DNA of 64,000 bases from an uncultured Clostridia bacterium (GCA_947624105.1 CANQIX010000001.1:1866-65865), one strand, 5' to 3'. Numbered from the stretch's first letter, positions 9,101 to 16,690 are shown. Notes: generated by a model not told the origin, from the letters alone. Numbers and translations: made by a program.

Positions 9101-11697
9101 CGAAAGATACAAAGATTGTCTATGAATATGTAGATAACTACGGAAACTTCAATCACGAAATTCATCGATATGACGAAACTTACATCGCAGAGCCAGTAAG
9201 TTCCGAAAACGTGATGTATTCCTTCAACTATAACGATGGAGATGGAAGAAAATTATACTACATCACAGAAGATGGCTTTAGATACACTTACAACTCACAA
9301 AAATACTATATCTTAACTTACAAAAAGGCCAATTTGACTCCTGGAAGTGCTTGGGATAACCTCCGTGCAAGTTCGTTAGAGATTGAAACTATTTCGGAAA
9401 ACACAACAACTTCGATAAGAGTCAACACCTATCACGTTCTCAACCCTGGAAACACCTACTCATATCTGCTTAGAATTGATGTTTACGATATTGACGATGT
9501 CGACACAACAACCGGTATTCCTTATGAAGATGTCGTTCCTGTTCAACAAATTTACTTCATTTTAAACAACAACGTTCCAAAAGTTGAAAGAACAAACACC
9601 AACCCACTTGACAACAGTTTTAAATTAACATCTAGTGGAATGAATGTAACAACAAACGTGCTTGGAATAAGAGAAGATGGTTCTCAAGACCCTTCAATGA
9701 AAGTAAATTACTATTCGTCAATCAACTTAAACTACAACATCAGTTCTTCGAATCTGCTTCCTGTAGCCTTCTACTTAAGCAGAGATGGCGGAGATTGGGA
9801 ACAGATTACCAACGGAACAGACATAAGTTGCCCTGAAGATCAAGATTCAATAACTTATTATCTAAAAGTTTGGTATGATATCGATGAGATTACAAACTTA
9901 GGTTATAGAAACACCTTAAACAATGATTACGGCTATATCTTTGAATTTGTCCCAACCTATCAAATTTACTCATTCACTCTTAGTTCTGCTTTGTCAACTG
10001 CTTACTATTTAACTTACACCGACGAAAACGGCGCTACAAGAGTGGTAAATAGAAGCGGACAAACATACTCCATAAGAATTGGTAGCACTGCAACACGTCA
10101 ATACGCAAATCACTACATTATCAACTGCAACTACGATCTTAGAGAAGACCGTATGGATATTGTTACAAACACCGAGCAATACATAACTTGGGAAGAAACA
10201 GACTACTATGACGACGACAGAGATAAAAATGTAAGAACATACATCTACACAATCTCCAACCTTGATTATGCAGAAACGGCAACAAACATATCAAGATTCT
10301 CAACAGTTATTGCAGTTACGTTTGTTCCACCAACAAACGCAATTGTGGGAAGTTTCTACACAACCAGCCAAGCAACTTGGTCGCTTAACACAAACTATAA
10401 CCTCGTTGAACGCACATCGCACAGCATAATTATTCCAGCCGGCTCATCGAGAGATTTCGTTGAACTTAGATGGACAAGATATTATGCTATTTCGCAGAAC
10501 ACCATCAACATCAAACTTATTAAGAACGGAGTTGAATTATCTCCAACCGTGTTTACAGAAGGTGATTTCCTTTACACTTACTTAACACGCTCCGGCGTAT
10601 ATACAATTTCGTTTGAAGATGTTTCTGGAAACAAGGAAGTGTTCTGTGCAGGCACAGCAACTCAAACAGAAAACTTCTCGTATGTGTTTATAAAAGATAT
10701 AGCGTTCTACTTAACTTACACAAATCCACTCACTGAGGAACTTACAACCACCGAACCTATTAAACAAGCGGTTTATAATGGCGAAGTAACCCTCACACTT
10801 GACACAAACTTACTTAACTATTACCTCAACAGAGCAGTTGAACTTGCTATTACAAAAGATGGAAAAGAATATACATTAAGCAATTCAAACATCAACGTAA
10901 ACGAAAGAAGTTACACCTTTACCGAAACCGGAGTTTACACCGTTACATTCACTGCAAAGTCGAATGAAGAAGATGACACCGACCTTCGTTCCGAAACTTA
11001 CACCTTCACAATTCTCGACCCAGACGAATATCGCTCGTCATATATAGTAAACAAATATTCAAGTTACTACATTCAATCGATATTCAAGAACAATGTCGAT
11101 GTAACCTCACTTCTCACATCTTCGCTTGCACTTGATAAAATTGTTGTAAATTCTCAAGTATATCTTGCAGAACTTACCCTCTCCTACCTAGACGAGAGAA
11201 CCGGAAGTGGCACTTACTACATCACAGTAAATAGCAACGAAAAACTCTACTCAAGCGATTCACTTATGTCAAGTTGGACGTTTAAAGTTATTATCAAAGT
11301 TGGAAAACTTGACCTAATCACTTCAAGCGTAGAACCTGGCGGAGAAGTAACCGGAACATTTACAATTTCGTTTAACGCAGCAAACGTTTACAACGAATTT
11401 GGTAAAGGTAAAGTGAGAGTAATCTACTACGATGACGACAATGCTATGCACCTATCCTACGAATATGACATCGACGATACGACAACCGAAGTGCAAAACC
11501 CAGAAGCATTTGATGCCGGCCACACCTACTTCGTTCAAATCGTTTCAGAAAGTGGAAAACTGTTATACAGTTTCAAAGTTACAGCAAAAACTCCACTCAA
11601 TGCAGCAGCGATTATCATAATTGTAATTGCAGTTTTGCTTGTAATTGCAATCATTGTAATAGTTGTAATTCTTAGAAAACGTATCACAGTTAAGTAA
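3172..11697 (+). CDS. giant (2,841-aa) surface protein: N-terminal signal/lipobox-like peptide, tandem Ig-like (PKD/HYR-type) modules, C-terminal TM anchor
   Basis: The ORF is uninterrupted. I prefer ATG 3172 (GAGGTG upstream; the product starts MKNLSLKSLFLILLSAC…) over the track's TTG 3121. A strand-pair motif recurs: G-x-Y-x-[IV]-x-[IVF]…D-x-x-[GN]-N…[FY]-x-[IV]-x-D-x(2,3)-P, for example GLYIFDFYDDANNHSYQLFLIDTTTPLF, GVYTISFEDVSGNKEVF and ESDLAGNLTIYTLYFIDD. The protein ends with a 24-aa hydrophobic helix followed by RKRITVK. Confidence 0.9.
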   Translation: MKNLSLKSLFLILLSACLMTFGIVSVDYRLDHLASAETQIVETVDRSPDLPSYFSAVEYTNDNAVSTASLIDSNYFMFNTTSQNYLELSFKTNGKDILDKKQLPFDDVYQYVYFENENDLSSFKYFEYTNIDISVNGEGLTLPESTYKFYAPSNQEFSNATNQPEVFRIRFNYSGTNSEWSDTYGAGVSNAISLINERNTVIEGLYTITVNYIEFTCTQDNVSQEDLTFNALEPAESFHSSSKSITYSFLVLDESNYRNNSRPIITGNDFLSTISISETVSRAYGYYYYNNYSTADNSISSLSYDASRYDVRITKTLNGQERSATLTYNYELDTYTYAGEDIVAYTYTSTSTSDGKNTNCSIYFYDVGDYSVFFNAVATFKDESQTATDNYTTYKIAPLTNTLRQAMVFIFGYQLTYLDKDLGGTTYTEFKINNIEEGTYSDSADITAKFLESNPNYKQNSNNASVEGGNTFQFTNILQYTKTAPAPVVTNQTPLRFTSNAKLSTVRRSELYTTNSNYGTAYNAETLTVNGEAKQLYYTPYTGGTITQDGTYIVLLAYTFSNYYSASSASATSTIFYQVFYFTINSDTPDLILTTETTKSSVPKYTNENVVVVDKNILNIHNKELVIRVYAQNFDGTYLSSYGGDYGIDLSRLGSYTLDKDNGGSATFTENTHYTIRIFYKSSITDSVYNIKSKVPKELIKREKNFTIDKEKIGDIGARVATASNTTSNYIIGYDITPVATNAAFVTNQSIVVSWGEKDSHANTYAKYRFVPIVEENFYKDERGNDLTEEEVSGVLENYLTFLSSSYLPVNYQLDFSQISPTWNLYPGNTQTIGYTISGNYVLNNLKPGLYIFDFYDDANNHSYQLFLIDTTTPLFATRINGVFEISPSYMYIDQKTELYWGNYKAIAIGGLDTFLDFDNGSIRDENETLIVTPEQISAFEFCKDQFGETNVDIYKTFYYELYSASVNPTPLWQYLTVNRIKLKFLTISTGKSFCAFDSISQEYTIQTSNNGKNMITYDTNIECTYRLLIKDASNTQRDLSNTNPVFQYTAFYSAMQVIIVSHDSSSLRFYYDGNGEDIYLTGDTTVAYEDNKQVLITYVAPINVNKTINYSYVPTPSSEGSFTIQLESLTVDYYDFRKNDPPEEATSKGVQTLYNYMTLSGTPQRNEVYKFEGSHSSVVEVDSLFVDGGVTKDGVYIIRRTYHVDDSGTTIYSFNDDDYVTRIFVIIVDRHDVIEGAKTVINGDSRHAESLVGGEIFVSMYDTGSNSNLVVTFPDAPTGNLSNTSLVGGTFETNKLPVSVLIPAYKYTKYVTIVEENGRYHYELFINDYNIMDANLGGENNIKSYKLNEIDSYLLYAEIYKDYETATQQLLYKTTTSFNNPTNDNIKGAINNNGSKNGYFNFYDSNNNLVTSLTQEGNYTVIIYQAYNSIAEVDGSTFKSSSSFSFTIKKTDPDFDLKASGGKSLNYESNGGVLTYYTNQNVIDVYWDKSKDDYSAEIDQNYVLVSVNGALRPNINSLGQLFSSQITVNSTANLYSAQLNFSNINGEDIYKNGNFIDITMRYTNHNSAYYNEVHKRIMIDTQAPNEDINELVSQVVTNSGGYITEKDLRVYSAVYTNGQENTIDPEVDRNWQEKTCFNTSKLSDTYRYFSFAATKSFVTDHLLHSDANFIYYKGLEASYKYAATGYEVDPYEFSASNGYTLLDSNTTFEVGRYYEFVESDLAGNLTIYTLYFIDDLTDELDNYTIIDYLVNGQTENAETGFVYDYTRDDYISAKANGLLTTIYARPTLDITSINYFKNTWFIFRASTTSTSGIQDTITYYLISPWVEPGTAYRLTDNQPVSLMDIINGNTDSTWKDSLTFLNTYYGATERTTSLYFNTRVDSIKGSTTPSNTEDIVFSQPTLAELNNTASARTFLTKLKIYLPDARIDEVGSESNPFFDVSNPLGVEALWRNSNYTYVNINVSNRQIIFTLNYELAKDTKIVYEYVDNYGNFNHEIHRYDETYIAEPVSSENVMYSFNYNDGDGRKLYYITEDGFRYTYNSQKYYILTYKKANLTPGSAWDNLRASSLEIETISENTTTSIRVNTYHVLNPGNTYSYLLRIDVYDIDDVDTTTGIPYEDVVPVQQIYFILNNNVPKVERTNTNPLDNSFKLTSSGMNVTTNVLGIREDGSQDPSMKVNYYSSINLNYNISSSNLLPVAFYLSRDGGDWEQITNGTDISCPEDQDSITYYLKVWYDIDEITNLGYRNTLNNDYGYIFEFVPTYQIYSFTLSSALSTAYYLTYTDENGATRVVNRSGQTYSIRIGSTATRQYANHYIINCNYDLREDRMDIVTNTEQYITWEETDYYDDDRDKNVRTYIYTISNLDYAETATNISRFSTVIAVTFVPPTNAIVGSFYTTSQATWSLNTNYNLVERTSHSIIIPAGSSRDFVELRWTRYYAISQNTINIKLIKNGVELSPTVFTEGDFLYTYLTRSGVYTISFEDVSGNKEVFCAGTATQTENFSYVFIKDIAFYLTYTNPLTEELTTTEPIKQAVYNGEVTLTLDTNLLNYYLNRAVELAITKDGKEYTLSNSNINVNERSYTFTETGVYTVTFTAKSNEEDDTDLRSETYTFTILDPDEYRSSYIVNKYSSYYIQSIFKNNVDVTSLLTSSLALDKIVVNSQVYLAELTLSYLDERTGSGTYYITVNSNEKLYSSDSLMSSWTFKVIIKVGKLDLITSSVEPGGEVTGTFTISFNAANVYNEFGKGKVRVIYYDDDNAMHLSYEYDIDDTTTEVQNPEAFDAGHTYFVQIVSESGKLLYSFKVTAKTPLNAAAIIIIVIAVLLVIAIIVIVVILRKRITVK
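11602..11673 (+). other. C-terminal transmembrane anchor of the 2,841-aa protein
   Basis: AAAIIIIVIAVLLVIAIIVIVVIL followed by RKRITVK-stop. No LPXTG upstream. Confidence 0.8.
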
Positions 11698-11808
11698 TTG
11701 TTGTATGACTGCAAATAAGCCGATTTTAAGGCGATTTTGTTTAAGAATTAACACTTAACTTAAGATTGAAAAAACGCCGAAAAAATAGGCTAAAAACAGC
11801 AAAATAAA

Positions 11809-11840
11809 AGGATTGTAATATTTCGTTACAGTCCTTTTTT
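11809..11840 (+). terminator. rho-independent terminator of the 2,841-aa gene
   Basis: AGGATTGTAA (11809-11818), 7-nt loop, TTACAGTCCT (11826-11835; one G-U pair), then T5. Confidence 0.75.
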
Positions 11841-12152
11841 ATTAGGCTTTTAATTCCACTTTGCCGCCACCTACTCCTTTTGCTTAAAAGAAATATAGCC
11901 CGTGTTGTTATGCGCTTTTTAGGCACAATATTTCGCGTCTAAACAAGCGAATTGTTGGCTAAAAACACTTTCTAAACAGAGAGTTTGTTTGATAAAACAA
12001 CGAAGATATTGCAAGGCGGAAGAGGCGCGCCTAAAACAGATAGGCTGATAATGTAACTAAAATAAATATGCGACAACTAAACAAACGAATAGTGAAAATC
12101 GCTTTTGAAATAAGACTTAAATGTAAAAGTCTATTTGGAACAAAAGGGCAAT

Positions 12153-12182
12153 AAAAAAACTATCGACTTGCGATAGTTTTTT
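12153..12182 (-). terminator. rho-independent terminator of the 1,450-aa gene (symmetrical, could act on both strands)
   Basis: ACTATCG-ACTTG-CGATAGT hairpin (12159-12177) flanked by A7 and T5. It begins 8 nt past the stop at 12190-12192. Confidence 0.75.
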
Positions 12183-12189
12183 AACAATT

Positions 12190-15100
12190 TTACACTGATT
12201 TTTTAAGTTCCTTATCAAGTTTAACTTTTGATACTACGAAGTAGATGATAACACCTGCAAGGAGTAGAACAGAAATTACGATAAGAATTGTTCCAATGAT
12301 TTGGTAAACAAGATCTGGGTTTACTTCATTTGGATTAACAGTAACAACAACTGTTTCGTCTTGATAGTTTCCGTTGTTGTCATATACTCTTACTGTAAGA
12401 GTGTATGTTCCTTCACCCTTTTCGCTTATGTCATAAGTAAGAACTTTTGCATCTTTGTCTGGAACATCAGAGTCAACTGCTGCTTCGATTGGGTCTTCTT
12501 CACCATCTTTTGTGAGGGTGTATTCAACCTTTTCGATTCCTTCAGCATCGCTGAATTTGAAGTTTTCAACATAGAACTTAAGTCCATCTTTAACATCGTC
12601 AAGTGTAAGTGAAGATGCAGAAACGTCAGCCTTGCTCTTGCCTGCTTGGTAAGAGATAAGAGGTTTTACGTTATCGCCAACAGCAATTTCTTTTGAATAT
12701 GTTGAGTAGTTACCTGCGTTGTCGTAAACTTTGTAAGTGATAACAATTGTTCCGTTTCTCTTATAAGTAACTTCTTTTCCGGTAAGTTTTTCATCGCCAG
12801 TAAGAGTTGCTGTTGATGTTCTTGTCTTTCCGTCTTCATAGTATGTCAATACTGCTGTAACCTCTGACTCTGTGATATTGAGGTCGCTTGCGTCGGTTGC
12901 TCTAATTCCATAGATGAAGAGTTTGTATCCATCTCCTTCAAGGTCTTTAGCAGAGATTGAATCGATGTAGTCATAAGGAGCAATTGTTGGTCCTAACTTA
13001 TCTTGAACTTTGATTGTGTAGTTGCCACTTTCAAGGTCGTAAGAGATAAGTGATTCTGCAAACAATTTTGTTGCTGCGGCTTTTGTAAATGACTCTGTAA
13101 AATCAGATTCGCTGTTAAATGTAGCAACTTTATCTGCAACTGTAACAGATATTGTCTTGCTTACTGTAGGTTCTTCGCTTGGATTTTCTACAATGTAGAT
13201 TGTATATTTTTCAGCGCTTTCTTTCTTAATTCTAACTGTTTCGTCAGCCGCAACTTGGAAGTAGTTAAATTTGAATGCCTCGCTAGATTGTTCGTAAGTT
13301 CCGCCAACATATTCTACAACTGTGTTATCATAAACTGTGAGGTTAACGTGATATTTGAAGTTGTAGTTGCCTACTCTTTCTGGAACGAATGAAGATTCTT
13401 GTCCGTTTTCTATTGAGTAGTCATTTGCGTATCCTTCGCCGTTAACACCCATAACAACATATTTTGGTTTTTGTGAACCTTCCCAGTTGGTTACTGACTT
13501 GTATGTTTCGTAATCAATTGAGTTGTCGATTGTGTAGTTAACCTTTGGTGTAGGAAGTTTGATAACTGGTTTGTTGTCAAGTTCAAGTGCAGTTCCATCT
13601 TGAGCCTCTGGAATTGTTACACTGATTGTTGGGTCTTGAACAAGGAACAATGGTTTTGCTTCATAGTGCAAGAATACAACGATTGTGTTGTTTGAACTGT
13701 CTGTGATTGCAACTGATACAAGGTATTGTCCTTCAAATGGTGCAATGAATGAACCAGCATCAAGGGTATAAGTGTATTCTCTTGCATTCCAAGATTGTTT
13801 TGCGTCAGCAGCAGCGCCCTTAAGAGCGTCTTGTCTTTCGCCATTTTTAAGTGGGTAAACTTTGATTTCATAAGATACCTTTGTTACAAGGTCGTCTTTG
13901 ATTGTGATTGTTGGAAGTTCAATTTTGTCGTGTTGATAGTATGTAACATCTTCACTACCATCTGCAAATTCAACGCTAGAGAATGTAGGAACTCCTGTGT
14001 CAATAGCGGTTGAAATCTTGAACTCTTTAACTAAAATATCAATGTTTCCTGAGCCATCATAAGCATAAGCAAGGATTTGAACACCGGTTACTTGCATTGT
14101 TTGTAAATCATATTTTGCTAAGTCGATTGTGTAAGAAGACAATGTGTCGTCTGTTAAATCGATGTAACCTGCGCCCTTGTAAGCAGCATATTTTGTTGTG
14201 TATGCAACTCCGTTGCTGTCGTTTACTTCTGGTGCTCTGTTTTCGATTAAGTATTCAACGATGTCTGTTGAATTAAAACCGTTTTCAACTGTGTTTTCTT
14301 CTTTATCTGTGATTGCACCTGTTACAGCGCCTTCAGCAGTCATAAATCTGAAATAAGTCTTAACTTTCTTAGCCATAATTGAATTGCTGTCTTCGTTGTC
14401 GGTTGCGCCTGGCTTTGTGAATGTAACCTTATCTGTTGTGAGATAAGAGTTTTCTAATGTTGTAGAGAAAGTGATTACTGGAGCAACTTCGTCATAACCA
14501 GTAGAAACTTCTATTGAGTATGATTTGTAGTCGCTGTTTCCAGCCTCATCACCAGCCCAATATTGAACTGTGAATGTTGCAAGCCCATAGCCTTTTGAAC
14601 TATCTCTTTCACCAAATGTTTTGCTTGATGGAATGTAAGCGAAACCTAATGCTGCGATTTCTGCTTCTGTCTTTCCTTCTAAGTAGGTGATAAGAGCGTC
14701 GCCGTCAGCAACTCCTGCAAATTTGTCTGTAAACAAACTAAGGATTGTTGATGCGTTTGACTTGTCAATTACAACACGATATCCGTTTTTAAGGAACCAT
14801 TCAAGCATTGCCGCATCAGAGGTGATTTCCTCTTCTTGAGCAGCAAGTTTTTGACGAACTTCAAAGTTGTTATCAATGAAGTTTTGGTATGCTGATGCTG
14901 AAGAAGAAGCAGATGTTGCATTGTTGTAGTTGAATACAAGGTTGTAAGCATCATAGCCTTCGATTGTAAACAATTCTTCGCTATCTCTAAGAACGATTCT
15001 CTTTACGTCAACCTTTCCTCTCTCAGAAACGTTATCTTCTGCTGTGATAGCGTATAAAACAACGCCATTAGCATAAACGTGAGAAGAAAGTTTTGTTGTA

Positions 15101-16542
15101 GCATCTTCATAAGTTGGAACTTGTTGGTCATCAACAAGAGTTGTTTCTGCAGCATCATATAATACTGGAGTTGGTGCTTTTACATCTTCAAGATTTTCCC
15201 AACCATAACGTCCATCACTTGTTGTGATTGTGTTTCTGTAGAAATCAGTTGCAGTATAGATTATTGTGTATGTTCCTCTTTGAAGTGGAGTAAATTTTGT
15301 TTCGTCAATTAAATAGCCGTTTTCGTCTAATACGTCTGCATAGATTTTCTTGCCATTTACTTCAACGTCTTTGATGTCTTTCCAGCCAGAAGTTTTGTCT
15401 GACATATACTTAACAGAAACTTTGTAGTATACGTCAACAGCGGCTCCGTTTGGTGTAACCTTTGAATTTGTTGTTACGGTAACGCCTGGAAGAGTCTGCT
15501 CTTCGCCGATGTTAACATCTTTTCTAAGAGAACTTGATGTCTCTATAACAAGGTTGTCCTTGCTGTATTCATTATAATATGAATCGTAAACTGTTGTTTT
15601 AAGTATTTCACTCTTAACAAACTCGCCTTCGTGGTAGTAAGCATATTTGATTGCAAATTCAACATAGTTGTGATATGTTTTGAATGCTTCGCCATCGATA
15701 ACCACAGATTTTCCATCTGCAGAGAGTTTTAAGTATTGTGTATCTCCGTCAACCAAACTTGCAGCACCGGCATTTCCTGTGATAACAAGGCAGTCGCCTG
15801 TTGCATACTCGCTTGCTTGAGTTGAAGATGTTTTAACAACTAATTTAGCATCTTCGACTTCTTTTCCGTCTTGGTTAAGAATCTTTGGAAGTGGAAGGGT
15901 AACATCTTCGTAAGTTGTTGTTTCGCCTTCTGTTTTTCCATACAAACTTAAGTCAATTATCTTTGGAAGGAAGTGTTCATTGTTTCCAGTTAAATCAAGT
16001 GTAGCCGAGTTGATTGTGCTTTCAACAACAAAGTCATAGTAGTTTGTATAAACATTCTTTGTATCACTGTCAAAGTAGTAAGAGTAAGAGTATGTGATTG
16101 TGTATCTACCAACGTTTTCAGCAACAAATTCACCGTAGTAGTCTGGGTAGAGAGCAGAATCGGTCCCGCTTTGATATTCCTTAACAGAACCTTCTTTAAG
16201 TTCTGCGCCACCATAGTAAACCTTTACGGAAGAACTGTCAAAATTAACGGTTTTTCCAGATGCAGATGCTGTAGAAAGGGTTCTTCCTATTGCATAACTA
16301 GAATTTCCGCCAACATAGGCAAGCATAATTTTGTATGCATCACCTGCGTAAACAGTTTTGGCTGGCGATATGATTGAACTTGACGCCTTTTTACCAATTT
16401 GGATATAAGAATAGTCTATATAGTCTACTCCAGTCTTTGCAGCAGCAAGCAATGGCGAAACTGGCATAACTAGAAATACAAACAAGAATGCACACAAGAA
16501 TGCAATAAGTTTGTTAACAAATTTCTTTTTAGTTAGTTTCAT
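12190..16542 (-). CDS. large (1,450-aa) surface protein: signal peptide, tandem HYR/DUF5011/PKD-like Ig modules, C-terminal TM anchor
   Basis: AGGAGA SD 6 nt upstream of ATG 16542. N-terminus MKLTKKKFVNKLIAFLCAFLFVFLVMPVSPLLAAAK. Module boundaries recur as D-x-x-x-P-x-[IF] (DVKAPTPV, DEVAPVITF, DTGVPTFSS, DKLGPTIAP, DNVKPLISY), together with [AT]-x-D-x-x-G-N strands (WAGDEAGNSDY, VYDNAGNYS, VYDNNGNYQ, AYDGSGNID). The C-terminus is a 25-aa helix followed by SKVKLDKELKKSV. Confidence 0.9.
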   Translation of the reverse strand: MKLTKKKFVNKLIAFLCAFLFVFLVMPVSPLLAAAKTGVDYIDYSYIQIGKKASSSIISPAKTVYAGDAYKIMLAYVGGNSSYAIGRTLSTASASGKTVNFDSSSVKVYYGGAELKEGSVKEYQSGTDSALYPDYYGEFVAENVGRYTITYSYSYYFDSDTKNVYTNYYDFVVESTINSATLDLTGNNEHFLPKIIDLSLYGKTEGETTTYEDVTLPLPKILNQDGKEVEDAKLVVKTSSTQASEYATGDCLVITGNAGAASLVDGDTQYLKLSADGKSVVIDGEAFKTYHNYVEFAIKYAYYHEGEFVKSEILKTTVYDSYYNEYSKDNLVIETSSSLRKDVNIGEEQTLPGVTVTTNSKVTPNGAAVDVYYKVSVKYMSDKTSGWKDIKDVEVNGKKIYADVLDENGYLIDETKFTPLQRGTYTIIYTATDFYRNTITTSDGRYGWENLEDVKAPTPVLYDAAETTLVDDQQVPTYEDATTKLSSHVYANGVVLYAITAEDNVSERGKVDVKRIVLRDSEELFTIEGYDAYNLVFNYNNATSASSSASAYQNFIDNNFEVRQKLAAQEEEITSDAAMLEWFLKNGYRVVIDKSNASTILSLFTDKFAGVADGDALITYLEGKTEAEIAALGFAYIPSSKTFGERDSSKGYGLATFTVQYWAGDEAGNSDYKSYSIEVSTGYDEVAPVITFSTTLENSYLTTDKVTFTKPGATDNEDSNSIMAKKVKTYFRFMTAEGAVTGAITDKEENTVENGFNSTDIVEYLIENRAPEVNDSNGVAYTTKYAAYKGAGYIDLTDDTLSSYTIDLAKYDLQTMQVTGVQILAYAYDGSGNIDILVKEFKISTAIDTGVPTFSSVEFADGSEDVTYYQHDKIELPTITIKDDLVTKVSYEIKVYPLKNGERQDALKGAAADAKQSWNAREYTYTLDAGSFIAPFEGQYLVSVAITDSSNNTIVVFLHYEAKPLFLVQDPTISVTIPEAQDGTALELDNKPVIKLPTPKVNYTIDNSIDYETYKSVTNWEGSQKPKYVVMGVNGEGYANDYSIENGQESSFVPERVGNYNFKYHVNLTVYDNTVVEYVGGTYEQSSEAFKFNYFQVAADETVRIKKESAEKYTIYIVENPSEEPTVSKTISVTVADKVATFNSESDFTESFTKAAATKLFAESLISYDLESGNYTIKVQDKLGPTIAPYDYIDSISAKDLEGDGYKLFIYGIRATDASDLNITESEVTAVLTYYEDGKTRTSTATLTGDEKLTGKEVTYKRNGTIVITYKVYDNAGNYSTYSKEIAVGDNVKPLISYQAGKSKADVSASSLTLDDVKDGLKFYVENFKFSDAEGIEKVEYTLTKDGEEDPIEAAVDSDVPDKDAKVLTYDISEKGEGTYTLTVRVYDNNGNYQDETVVVTVNPNEVNPDLVYQIIGTILIVISVLLLAGVIIYFVVSKVKLDKELKKSV
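12232..12306 (-). other. C-terminal transmembrane anchor of the 1,450-aa protein
   Basis: YQIIGTILIVISVLLLAGVIIYFVV followed by a basic 13-aa tail. No LPXTG. Confidence 0.8.
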
Positions 16543-16690
16543 ATAGTTTCTCCTAATTTTTTGAGGTGATTACCTCTGGTTTTCTTTTAAGAACTATTGC
16601 GTCTAATTTGTTTAGACTTTTCTATTTTGTGTGTGAATAGGTTTCCTATACGCACATAAAATTACTTTTAATGTCGAATTTGTTCAAATT
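16543..16690 (-). promoter_or_regulatory. structured 148-nt rplA-to-giant-gene spacer without an intrinsic terminator
   Basis: On the minus-strand RNA there are three hairpins: an imperfect GUGCGUAUAGG-AAA-CCUAUUCACAC (16631-16655), GUCUAA-ACAA-UUAGAC (16601-16616) and GAGGU-AAUC-ACCUC (16563-16576). None is followed by a U-tract. The AGGAGA SD is at 16549-16554. Confidence 0.35.

Noticed and set aside
11560-11700. LPXTG, or variant sortase motifs, before the C-terminal helices of the three giant proteins.
   Set aside because: I read the last ~60 aa of each protein and found no L-P-x-T-G, N-P-x-T-G or other shared motif. They are therefore described as plain TM anchors.
11741-11926. Small ORFs in the spacer between the convergent giant genes (11563..11754, 11741..11926).
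   Set aside because: No SD. They overlap the terminator or the 3' end of the 2,841-aa gene, and their translations look like low-complexity noise.
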